Both the position numbers and the translations under genes were made by a program. A stretch of 64,000 nt of DNA. Origin: Candidatus Omnitrophota bacterium (lineage in GTDB: Bacteria > Omnitrophota > Gorgyraeia > DTHP01). The notes beneath the pieces were generated by a model. That model had not been told where the DNA came from. It saw only the letters and a list, made by a program, of their open reading frames with translations, and made no database searches. Location: positions 2,400 through 66,399 of the forward strand of contig JAMWCW010000001.1 of assembly GCA_023819145.1 (NCBI GenBank). Reading direction: 5' to 3'. Below, piece after piece: positions 34,432 to 43,766 of this stretch (positions are counted from its first letter, which is position 1; each line of letters begins with the position of its first letter).

Positions 34432-36243
34432 ATGAAAAGAGGGGGATTAAATATTCTTTGTGCAGTGCTTTTTTTCCTTCCGGCAGGATATTGGGGAGAT
34501 AATTTGAAAATTTCTGTTCTTTCTTCACAACAGACTCAAGATGCCCAGAAAGTGGCTGCGATAGCTTCTCCATCATTAAGCGAAATGGTTTCAGGACGTC
34601 CCACTGTTGAGACACCTTTTTTGGCTGGACCAGAGTATTATCTACCTTTTATTACTTTGCGCAAAAATTTGGATAAAAAGCACATTTGTTCTTGGGTTCC
34701 TCGGCAGTCCTTTTGGACGGGATGGCTCGAACCTAACAATTACTGGACAAGAATTGGTGACTTTATCAATCTCGATTATTTGTTGGAAGAGTCGGAAATA
34801 AATAGCGGAAAATTCATTCTTTATAATTTAGAAATCATTGATAGACTTTTACAAATGGACGTTAAACAAATCGCCGGCAAAAGGGTAAAGAAGATTGAAG
34901 AAATTTCTCCACTTAAAACTATTGGGATTGGCAGTCGCTTTCCCGAGGACAAAGATAAAATTTACCTTGACCAATTACCGGGGATAAAGGGAGTAAAATT
35001 TATTTTAGAAGATAATTCCGAGATTGTAGTCTTACCATCTTTTTACCAACAGCCCACTTTGGCAATCTTAACTTACGGCGGTAATAATAGAGACAAGAAT
35101 GTTTCGGTTGCCATAACCCAGAAATTGGAAGAGAGCTTTCTGGATACGGTGCTTAACCAGGTAATAATCTCAGCTAAGGAGGAGATTAGAACCCAGACCT
35201 TGGAAGATGTGGTGAAGAAATATCTCTTTGGGGAGATACCTGCACAACTTAATTATGTCCAGTGGAAACGCTTGGTAGAGGAGATGGAGAGAGTAGAAAC
35301 TGAATTAAAGGAAGTGACGGTTACTACCTCTTTAAGAGAGCTTTTAGGAAATGTTTTGCCCTCAATAAACAATTTTACTTCTTTTTCAGCAATCCCAACT
35401 GGTTATGAAGGAGGATTCAGGTTATCAGGTAGCCGGCGTAGTCCAGCTAATGCGGAGATTGGATTTATTGTGCCTTCCCTGGAGTTAACAAATATTGCCT
35501 TCAAGATAAAGATAGATTTAGAAGAAGGTAGTGTTATGCCCGCAGTTAAATTAGAACTGGTTGATGCCCAGGGTAATAAAGCGACTACTACCTTAGATGA
35601 GGTTACAGATTCGGGTAAGGAGTATACAATAAGTAGAGACAGAGATGATTTTAAAATAGATCTAATAACTGGAACGGCATTTGACTGGAGGAAGATAGAA
35701 CGAGTTAAATTATCTTTAGTTACCGGTGGGAGTTCTCAAGGAAAAATAACCTTAGAGGATATCGATTTAAAAAAGGAATCTCCTGCTTCTGTTTCTTTAG
35801 GGACGATGATGGCAGAATATAAGTTACGGGCATACCTTAAACCTTATGTTGCCAAATTCTTTGACCTGCCTGTTTATTCTCCCTATTTTGACACCAAACC
35901 CATCGTTAAAAAATGGTTTGATTGCTTTGCCAATGCTACCTCTGCTGGCGTAGTCAAAGGAGATTTTTCTGTAGCGGAGGTACTTGGGTCTATAGGTTAC
36001 TGGGGTATGCTTAAAGCATTTCTTACCTCTCTTCGTCAGATTATAACCTTGCCTTCTAATCCTGTAGAGGAAAAAATACTTTTAGATTTTGGTGGAGATA
36101 TTTATTCTTTTGTGCAGGGACTTGACTTGTCTTCGGCAGTTCCCGAGGGAGTGGAGATAGAGTCATTGACTTTTGAAACAAAATTGCTATTATTACCCGA
36201 GGATATTTTGCTTTTTATAATGCGGGAGGCTTATGAAATATAA
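34432..36243 (+). CDS. secreted protein, 603 aa, carrying the same ~130-aa beta-sandwich cassette as the giant protein
   Basis: RBS AAGGGGG. Signal peptide 'LNILCAVLFFLPAGYWG'. Residues ~310-440 ('LPSINNFTSFSAIPTGYEGGF...GSSQGKITL') are near-identical to giant-protein residues ~245-375. Confidence 0.5.
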   Translation: MKRGGLNILCAVLFFLPAGYWGDNLKISVLSSQQTQDAQKVAAIASPSLSEMVSGRPTVETPFLAGPEYYLPFITLRKNLDKKHICSWVPRQSFWTGWLEPNNYWTRIGDFINLDYLLEESEINSGKFILYNLEIIDRLLQMDVKQIAGKRVKKIEEISPLKTIGIGSRFPEDKDKIYLDQLPGIKGVKFILEDNSEIVVLPSFYQQPTLAILTYGGNNRDKNVSVAITQKLEESFLDTVLNQVIISAKEEIRTQTLEDVVKKYLFGEIPAQLNYVQWKRLVEEMERVETELKEVTVTTSLRELLGNVLPSINNFTSFSAIPTGYEGGFRLSGSRRSPANAEIGFIVPSLELTNIAFKIKIDLEEGSVMPAVKLELVDAQGNKATTTLDEVTDSGKEYTISRDRDDFKIDLITGTAFDWRKIERVKLSLVTGGSSQGKITLEDIDLKKESPASVSLGTMMAEYKLRAYLKPYVAKFFDLPVYSPYFDTKPIVKKWFDCFANATSAGVVKGDFSVAEVLGSIGYWGMLKAFLTSLRQIITLPSNPVEEKILLDFGGDIYSFVQGLDLSSAVPEGVEIESLTFETKLLLLPEDILLFIMREAYEI

Positions 36244-36258
36244 TAAAAGGAGGGACTT

Positions 36259-39200
36259 ATGTCGAAGAAATTGTTAATTATATGTTTTTTAATTATTTTC
36301 ACTAAAGTTACTTCTGCGCTGGATTTAAGTTTGGGAGAATTTTCCTTAGGGCTTTCTGGTAACCAACTTTCTCCGCAAGGGGGAATTATTACTCCTTCAC
36401 GGCAAACTGTTCTTCCAGAACCAGCGATAAGGGATAGGGATATATCGTATATTGAAGCATTATTGCCTTATATTGCTGCGTATTTAGGGGTGGACGAAAT
36501 ACCAAAAGATTCAGAAGGCAGTTATTTTTATAATACCCTTTATTGGCTTACCTTGCCGTTAGTGGATAGATTTAGTTTTGATGCCCGGGAAGTAGGGAAA
36601 GAGGTAGAGCGCAGAATAGAAAACTGGAAACGTCAGGGAATTGAAGTTTCTTCCTCCTGGAAGGAGATAATTCGAGGCGATGTCAGGCGAGATTTTGCTG
36701 CCAGGCAGATTATTCAGGAGATGTTAGATAATGGTTTAGTACCCACTATTAGTTCGGTGATTAGCTGGATGTCTGATCCGCAACGAGCACAGACCTACCT
36801 TTCACCAGCGGATATAAGCTTCCTTATAGAAGAACTCCAGATGCGTATCTTCCTAAAGGAGAAATATCCTGATGTTTTGGGTGAACCCGGCTTAACCTAT
36901 CAACGCGAGAATTTAAGTGAAAAAGAGTTTTTATTAAGGATTATGAAAGATAAATTCAAGTTTGTTTTAGATATGTACACAGAATATAGCCGAGATGGTA
37001 AAACATATGGATTTATTTTAGATTCCAATGGGGGTATGGATACAAACATCGCAGCAATGGGCATGGGTTTAGTGGCTTTGACGCTTTTAGAACAGAAGAT
37101 AAAAGAGGGGGTATGGAGTTATGATGATTTCGGTATAAAGAGCGGTACCATAGAAAGAATGATAGGTAACTGTCTTAATACGATGGAAGAAATCTTAAAC
37201 AGACAGCCACAGGGTGAATGGGTGGAATATCTGCTAAAGAGATTTCCTTATCCTATAGTGAAGGCATTGGCGGCAAAAACGAAAGAGGAACTTGTTAGTG
37301 TTAATCTTCTGGATATATATACAGAATTACTGGCACGAGGTGATTTAAAAGATGAACAAGGAGTAATTGGAAATGATTTGAAGGACAAGGTTTTAACAGA
37401 AGAGGATATAGAAAACATTCTTAAAATTGCTGATACCCCCGAGATAAGAATTAGGGAGCTTGAGAAAATAGAGAAATATGGTTGGGGAGGATTGTGGTAC
37501 CACTTTATCAGCCCTGATCCTAAAAAAGACCTTGCTCGTAGTAAGAAAGATGTAGAGATTTCTACTATGGATAGTGCTCTTCTTCTTCTCTATGCCAAGT
37601 ATGCGGGGGTATACTTTGGAGGTTCAATAAAGGACACTATAGAGAGCATGCTAAAGAGATTTCCTGTTTCCGATAACTCTCCTTTTTATATTTCCCGAGA
37701 ACGTGGTTATTGCCATGGTTGGAGAGTGGTCCCCGTGCAGGGTGATACCCCCACGGGATTCCTACCTTATGACTACCATGGAGATGAGCGTTTAATTTTA
37801 GACATTCTGAGACTCTCTCTGCTTTCGGAAGGGGAGATTACGTCAGAGGATTGCAAAATATACGTAAATCGCGTTATGGTCCGCAAAACACGGGAAGGTG
37901 ATTCAGTTCCACCTGCAGTTGGTTTCTGGGGAAGTTACCAAGGAGCAAGCTGGACCTCGGAATACTTTAAAAATTTAGTGGATGTGAGTTCAAAGGAAGA
38001 GGTTTGGTTAAGTACGAACTGGTTTGGCAACGCTGTCAAAGCGCTTATGGCTAACAGGCATTATGCCTTGCAGAGAGGATATAATCCTTATGGGGCAGTT
38101 ATTGGTTCTCAGGAGCTTCCTAAATATGGGTATAAAATGGACAGAGGTTCTGTACCTTCTATAATCTATGAAAAAACAGGGAAACCCCCCGATGATGGGG
38201 AAAGAAACTTTGCTCCTTCCCAAGTAGGAGTCTCTTATTTACCCTTTGAATCTACAGAGTCGCTTTGGGTGCAGTATATCTCCAATCCTAAATTGGCAAG
38301 AGGTCTATATGGGTTTCGAGAATCCTATACTCCGGGGACGGAGTTTGTGTCTCCCAGTAATTACACTTTGAACGAAGTAGGGTTGTTGTTAAAAATTGAA
38401 AATGCCCTTACCGGCCTTGTCTGGAAAACAATGATGGAAGATGAAGGAACGCAGTTAGCGCTACGGAGAGCAGGATTTAATAGAACTGATTACAATCACA
38501 TTAATCGTTCAGGGAACTTAGAGAATACTTTAAGAGAGGTTATGGGGAATGGTAGAACTCTAGAAGATGCGGAGAAATTAGTCCAAGCAGTGACAGATGA
38601 GGTAAGAAATATGGTTTTATCTCAAGATGAGTCCAAATTAAGTTATTTCCGAGAGTATGTAGAATATAATGACCAGTTATATGAAAAGGCATTAAATATT
38701 CTCCAAGGTCTTTCTATAACCAGCGCCCCACAGTTGGCAGTAAAGGTTGCTGCTTTGAAATTTGTCATCTATAAGAATCAGAAGTTTGCCGATGAAATGC
38801 TCGAAGCAGCAAAAGATTTAATTAAAGCAATTAAGTATTATGGATGTATAGAAGAAGCCACTTCTATTATTAGTAGTTACGATTATGAGGCGGTAGCAAT
38901 GTGGAAAGATTGGCGAAAAGATAAGGAATATATTTATATATTGGATGAAAATTCTGATGGAAATGTTTGGGATGATGTAAGTCAGAAATTAAGCAAAGCA
39001 GTGGCTACGGATAATCATTTTCTTCTCGTGCATTCCCAGTTGGAAGAGTATCTGACTACAACACAGAAATTATATACTATCCTTCCCTCAGATTCCGGAG
39101 TAATTTCTGCCCTTCTTAATGGTGCGGACTACCCCGGTGGCCATGTGAAGGGACTGCGAGAATTAAGAAATCAGTATGGGCTTTATAAAGCAATGGAGAT

Positions 39201-40494
39201 AATGGCGGAGGAATTTAAGATTCAAGCATCCCTCAGGCCTTATGCAGAGAGATTGCTGGGTCGTAAACTTGACCTTACCAACCCTGACGGAAAAGATGCA
39301 GGATTCTTATCTGCGTTAGCACATGAGGTTAAAGGAGGGTTAGAAAATCCTAAAGCGGGAGAATTGACCATTGAACAAATGATTTGGAAGATGGAATTTA
39401 CGCAGCAGTTAATGAATTTATTCCAGAGAGGTTCGGGGCATAAATTCTTAGATCTTATGGAAGAAGATAGTCAGGATGCAAGGTGGTATTATTATTGGCA
39501 GAGTAATTTATGGCATGACATTGCGCGTAGCGCAGGTTTACCCGGTTTTCATCCTCCCGGAACATATCATCCGCGCTACTATATATGGAATATCCAGCGG
39601 ACCAGTGGTGTAGGTTATCCTGCAAATTATTTGGTTTCTCCAGCTCAATTACCTCTTTCGGGAGAGGAAAGCATTGAAGTTAGAGGAGAATTAAGAATAC
39701 CGCTTTTGTATGGAGATTTAACTGCTATTGATAGAATTAATTTACAATTAAAAGCCGGTAGCGGGCAATTTGACGAGATAGAAATTAGAGATAGAAGTGG
39801 CAGAAGGGTTGTTTTTAAAATGGGAGGACTGTCGATGGAGAAATGGTATAATATAACCTTGCCCGTATATGGTATTTATTATGGCAGTGCAGATGACCCT
39901 ACAAAACCCACATGGCTACAAGATTCAACCTGGGCGAGGTGGTTGACGCTTAATAAATCTAACGATGCCAATGAAAAAGAAGGTTTCTTCTGGAGACTTA
40001 GGCAAGATGGATATTTAGGTCTAAAAGAAGAGTTTTCTGCAGGTGGTGATATTTATGTGGCATTAGATGAACATGTTGATTGGGGTAACATTAGTGAAAT
40101 TGTTTTTAGAACCTTTGGAACAATGTATGTAAAAGGGATTTATCAGTATACCGATGAGAGAATAGATATTTCTAACTTTACGAACTTAGTAGGGCATTTG
40201 GGAAAAGGAGGAGCGATATTATTTCGTATGAAGCCAGGAGTAACGATAAGCGTTCCCGGAACCGATAATCCCGGTTATAGTCATGCCTATAGACCAGGAT
40301 TAAACCTTGTTACAGAAGGAGGGGATGCCTTAATCATAGATATGAAAGGAAACAAGGTGAGATTTGTAATCCCTGCGATTGGCCCCAATATTTTTGAAAT
40401 AGATTACTATAAGTTTATAAATGAAATAATGGCTGGTTCTGTAGGATATAAACTCCTGCTTTGGGGACCAAAGGAGTGTAGAAAAAATATATAA
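36259..40494 (+). CDS. secreted 1411-aa protein with an N-terminal glucoamylase-like (alpha/alpha)6 region (tentative)
   Basis: RBS AAGGAGGG. Signal peptide 'LLIICFLIIFTKVTSA'. 'MDTNIAAMGMGLVALTLLEQ', 'GWGGLWYHFISPD', 'TMDSALLLLYAKYAG' parallel 'SPTNIGLYFLCLVGAYDLG', 'WKGLYYNWYSTTN', 'SSVDNGWLAAGLIVV' of the 11396 ORF. Confidence 0.4.
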   Translation: MSKKLLIICFLIIFTKVTSALDLSLGEFSLGLSGNQLSPQGGIITPSRQTVLPEPAIRDRDISYIEALLPYIAAYLGVDEIPKDSEGSYFYNTLYWLTLPLVDRFSFDAREVGKEVERRIENWKRQGIEVSSSWKEIIRGDVRRDFAARQIIQEMLDNGLVPTISSVISWMSDPQRAQTYLSPADISFLIEELQMRIFLKEKYPDVLGEPGLTYQRENLSEKEFLLRIMKDKFKFVLDMYTEYSRDGKTYGFILDSNGGMDTNIAAMGMGLVALTLLEQKIKEGVWSYDDFGIKSGTIERMIGNCLNTMEEILNRQPQGEWVEYLLKRFPYPIVKALAAKTKEELVSVNLLDIYTELLARGDLKDEQGVIGNDLKDKVLTEEDIENILKIADTPEIRIRELEKIEKYGWGGLWYHFISPDPKKDLARSKKDVEISTMDSALLLLYAKYAGVYFGGSIKDTIESMLKRFPVSDNSPFYISRERGYCHGWRVVPVQGDTPTGFLPYDYHGDERLILDILRLSLLSEGEITSEDCKIYVNRVMVRKTREGDSVPPAVGFWGSYQGASWTSEYFKNLVDVSSKEEVWLSTNWFGNAVKALMANRHYALQRGYNPYGAVIGSQELPKYGYKMDRGSVPSIIYEKTGKPPDDGERNFAPSQVGVSYLPFESTESLWVQYISNPKLARGLYGFRESYTPGTEFVSPSNYTLNEVGLLLKIENALTGLVWKTMMEDEGTQLALRRAGFNRTDYNHINRSGNLENTLREVMGNGRTLEDAEKLVQAVTDEVRNMVLSQDESKLSYFREYVEYNDQLYEKALNILQGLSITSAPQLAVKVAALKFVIYKNQKFADEMLEAAKDLIKAIKYYGCIEEATSIISSYDYEAVAMWKDWRKDKEYIYILDENSDGNVWDDVSQKLSKAVATDNHFLLVHSQLEEYLTTTQKLYTILPSDSGVISALLNGADYPGGHVKGLRELRNQYGLYKAMEIMAEEFKIQASLRPYAERLLGRKLDLTNPDGKDAGFLSALAHEVKGGLENPKAGELTIEQMIWKMEFTQQLMNLFQRGSGHKFLDLMEEDSQDARWYYYWQSNLWHDIARSAGLPGFHPPGTYHPRYYIWNIQRTSGVGYPANYLVSPAQLPLSGEESIEVRGELRIPLLYGDLTAIDRINLQLKAGSGQFDEIEIRDRSGRRVVFKMGGLSMEKWYNITLPVYGIYYGSADDPTKPTWLQDSTWARWLTLNKSNDANEKEGFFWRLRQDGYLGLKEEFSAGGDIYVALDEHVDWGNISEIVFRTFGTMYVKGIYQYTDERIDISNFTNLVGHLGKGGAILFRMKPGVTISVPGTDNPGYSHAYRPGLNLVTEGGDALIIDMKGNKVRFVIPAIGPNIFEIDYYKFINEIMAGSVGYKLLLWGPKECRKNI

Positions 40495-40529
40495 ATTATG
40501 TGTTTATAATAAGAAAGGAGTGGTTAAAA

Positions 40530-43500
40530 ATGTTTAAGAAAAACACTCCCCGAGGAAAAATCTATAAGTATATTTGTGTGGTTGTGATTGAAATATTTAT
40601 TTTTACATCCATTGTTTCTTCTTGCCCGTCTTTTCCTGCCTTTAATGATATTTTTTTGTTAAGAAGAATCAGAGGAGGAGTTTCTGTGCCGGGAGTGACA
40701 GGATTTAGTCCTGCAAGTGAAAGTGAATTGTTAGCATACCTTTCTTCTTTAGGCATTACTCAAGAAACGGTCCGCGGTTTAGGTGCCACCAGTATGGAGA
40801 TTAGTGTTATTGATGCAAATTCTGATGGAATTCCAGAGGTTATAAAAATTGGAGATTATGTGACGATAGAATCCTCAATAGAAGGTTGGAAAGTTACTAC
40901 TACCTTGAATTCTGGAGAAGAAGTTCCTTTTAGGTTTGTGGGAGATACCCTCCATATTAAAAATCCTAATGGTTCAACAGCATTGATAAACTCCCAGTAT
41001 GTTGAGCAGGTTGACGAAGATTCTGTATCTGGTATAACCTATGATTTCAATGCCTTGCCGGACTTCTTTAGTTCCACTGATTCTGGACAATCACTTCAGG
41101 GATATCTCCAGGCAGGCTTAGAAGAAGATGGGCCAACTTATGGACTTGACGCGATGAAAGATGTAGGTATTGCTACGCTTGTATACGATAAAAGTGGAAA
41201 TCCTACTACCGTAGTCGTTAGATATGACGAAAAAACTTCTACCATGCAGTCATTATTCTATAGAGGACGTCAAGTGCTTGAGTGGATTAGAAGTAGAATT
41301 AAATCTGGTAAGTCTGCTATTGAAGCGGTAGATGAAGCGGTAGATTCAGGTTATGGAAGGACAACAAAGGTCGGTGAAGGTGGAGAATTCGTAGATAAAA
41401 GTAAAAGGGGCTGGATTTTATTAGGACTGTCTTCAGCAATAGCCGCAGGGTTAGCGGTTTTATATACGTATGCCTTTATGAGTGTAGATGTCAGCTCTGT
41501 ACTCACCCAGGTTCTCAATTATGTGTGTGCTACCGTTACGGGAATGTTAACTTATTCTATGTTTAGGCCGGCGGTAGCTCGAACCCTTAAGGGACTGGCC
41601 CTTCCTTTTTTAAATGTTCAAGATTTGGTTCATGAAGTGAAAGAAGACCCGGAAGTTTTAGAAAAAGGACTGCAGAGAGATGCAATGTATGTAATTTCCC
41701 ATTATAGGAATTTCGATGTTTTAGAGAAGGCTTTAGAAGCCACAATTCAAAAGAACGCAGAAGATATATTTGTTAGGGGTCTTATGAATGGTAAATTTCA
41801 TGTTGCATTGATGGGTATGGACAGTCTTAATCCCGCAAGTGTTGTGCGGGAAATAGAACTAATCAGAGATTTTACAGAAAGGACTTTTGAATATCAAGGT
41901 AAGAGGTATAGATATGGTGATTTTATAACTTTCTCATATTTCTTACGTAATCCTGCACATTTTATGCCTGAACAGGCAAGTGCTAAAGGATGGAAATGGC
42001 TTACTTTTATGTATTTAATAGACCTTGTCCAGAACGGGAATAGACTTCCTACCGCATATACTGAGTCTGAATTTGGAAGATACCAGGTTCCTGGTGACCA
42101 GCCTTCGTTCGCCGGGAGTCATCAAATAGTAGATGCTTTACTTGCTAAGGGTATAATCGATAGGGCAAAAGCAGAGCAACTGCTTAAAGAAGGGTTTATT
42201 ACTTTTAATCAACCGGGCTATGTTGACTTGGCTAGTTTCTTAGGTATTCCTGAGGCCGGTGGTAAGGGTAAAGGGAGGATAAACGACTTTCTTATTGTTG
42301 ATGAAGGGAATATCGTGGAAGGTCCTCATGATGGCAATATACATGGTGACCTTTTACGCTGGGCGGCAAAGGTTGCTTGGTCAGAGGAACATCTTACAAG
42401 ACAAGACGGAAGTCCCTTTTACGATATGTATGTTCCTCGTTTAATAATTCCTGAATCGGGAGAATTAAAGGAGTATACAAGGACTTTATTAGAACAGTTG
42501 AATGCTCTTGATGATAAACAAAACTTAGGATACGTAATTGCTGAACAATGGTTTTATAATCTTTTTATGTCCTCTGGCAAGGCTTGGATTAAAGGGGATA
42601 GATTTATTGAGCACGTTTTCCATCCAATTCAACAAACCGCAGACCTTCCCCCCCTGAGACAATTTGCCCAGAGAGTTGCTGATTTGGGAAAAACCCATCC
42701 CGAAATAGCAAAGATTTTCAGACCCCTTGTATTTTTAGCAGAAAGATATGCTGCTACAGAATATCTTCCTGGCTTAGGAGCGATGGTTGGACCGAATATG
42801 ACCTCGCACGACCATTGGGAGTCTTTTGTTAGTGCTTGCATGAGGATGTTAGATATAATTGTTCTTGATGATAGGCCAGAAACTATTCCTAAATCGGTTG
42901 ACCAAAGTTCCAGATTTGTGTATGGAGATGCTACTAAATGGTACCAAAAAGATTTACCTGCTTCGCCTTTCGGAGATTTCTTAAGAAAAGTTTTAGGACT
43001 GGGTAAAGTCGATGTTACTCGTCCTTCCGCTCCAGAACATCATTTAGAGCACAAAGCAGCAGCTGTAGAATATGCTTTTGGAGATGCGAGATTCTTGGGA
43101 TTTATAGCCTGGCAAATGCTCATGGCATATTTACCGGGATATATGGATTTACAGAATTTACCACTGGCTCTCGGAGTCGGTGCTTTTACCGCCCTCTTTG
43201 CGCATTCCATTATGCCTAAGTTGATTGTTCCTTTGATTACCGATTGGAAAACACAAATTAGCCCTCGTCTTGAGACAGCTTTTGCTAGTGGTGAAGCAGG
43301 AGAAATTTTAAAGGCAATAGGGAGTGGATTTTGGGCTTTAGGCAAGGATACGGCTTTGGATTTTCCCTTGAGTTTATTGGGAGACTGGTTTGTTTATATG
43401 CCGATGGTTTTGATTAAACCTTATCTGTTGGCAAAGAATATAATATACAATAAAGTATGGAAAGAATTTATAGGTGGAGAAAGAACTTGGTGGATTAAAC

Positions 43501-43754
43501 CTGTGCATATTGCTTTAGAAGGTGCTGCAAAGGAATGGAAGAAGATGCATCTTGACACTGATAGGATTTTTAGTAATGTAGTTGTGCCTTTAATGGGTTA
43601 TGGGCTCTTCCATTTATTGAGTGAACTCTTAGGCCCTGATTGGAGATGGATGGGAGCACCTCTGTTTGTTTCTTGGATGGCATGGCCAATGGTTTCTAAT
43701 GCCGAATGGGGGGTAAGAAAAATTACGCAATTAATAGAAGCGTTCTTTAGGTAA
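40530..43754 (+). CDS. polytopic integral membrane protein (~1074 aa) with large soluble loops
   Basis: RBS AAAGGAG before the ATG at 40530 (the track ORF starts 30 nt upstream). Signal-anchor 'YICVVVIEIFIFTSIVSS'. At least 7 further hydrophobic helices, e.g. 'GWILLGLSSAIAAGLAVLYTYAF', 'LALGVGAFTALFAHSIMPKLIVPLI', 'PLFVSWMAWPMV'. Confidence 0.45.
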   Translation: MFKKNTPRGKIYKYICVVVIEIFIFTSIVSSCPSFPAFNDIFLLRRIRGGVSVPGVTGFSPASESELLAYLSSLGITQETVRGLGATSMEISVIDANSDGIPEVIKIGDYVTIESSIEGWKVTTTLNSGEEVPFRFVGDTLHIKNPNGSTALINSQYVEQVDEDSVSGITYDFNALPDFFSSTDSGQSLQGYLQAGLEEDGPTYGLDAMKDVGIATLVYDKSGNPTTVVVRYDEKTSTMQSLFYRGRQVLEWIRSRIKSGKSAIEAVDEAVDSGYGRTTKVGEGGEFVDKSKRGWILLGLSSAIAAGLAVLYTYAFMSVDVSSVLTQVLNYVCATVTGMLTYSMFRPAVARTLKGLALPFLNVQDLVHEVKEDPEVLEKGLQRDAMYVISHYRNFDVLEKALEATIQKNAEDIFVRGLMNGKFHVALMGMDSLNPASVVREIELIRDFTERTFEYQGKRYRYGDFITFSYFLRNPAHFMPEQASAKGWKWLTFMYLIDLVQNGNRLPTAYTESEFGRYQVPGDQPSFAGSHQIVDALLAKGIIDRAKAEQLLKEGFITFNQPGYVDLASFLGIPEAGGKGKGRINDFLIVDEGNIVEGPHDGNIHGDLLRWAAKVAWSEEHLTRQDGSPFYDMYVPRLIIPESGELKEYTRTLLEQLNALDDKQNLGYVIAEQWFYNLFMSSGKAWIKGDRFIEHVFHPIQQTADLPPLRQFAQRVADLGKTHPEIAKIFRPLVFLAERYAATEYLPGLGAMVGPNMTSHDHWESFVSACMRMLDIIVLDDRPETIPKSVDQSSRFVYGDATKWYQKDLPASPFGDFLRKVLGLGKVDVTRPSAPEHHLEHKAAAVEYAFGDARFLGFIAWQMLMAYLPGYMDLQNLPLALGVGAFTALFAHSIMPKLIVPLITDWKTQISPRLETAFASGEAGEILKAIGSGFWALGKDTALDFPLSLLGDWFVYMPMVLIKPYLLAKNIIYNKVWKEFIGGERTWWIKPVHIALEGAAKEWKKMHLDTDRIFSNVVVPLMGYGLFHLLSELLGPDWRWMGAPLFVSWMAWPMVSNAEWGVRKITQLIEAFFR

Positions 43755-43766
43755 AAAGGAGCAATA

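Noticed and set aside
40500-40529. Upstream in-frame ATG (track start 40500) for the 1084-aa membrane protein; likewise 20480 for the giant gene and 3371 for the lipoprotein
   Set aside because: In each case a strong Shine-Dalgarno sequence sits immediately before a downstream in-frame ATG (40530, 20558, 3398), and the signal peptide begins right there. The longer versions would add non-hydrophobic leader residues with no RBS.
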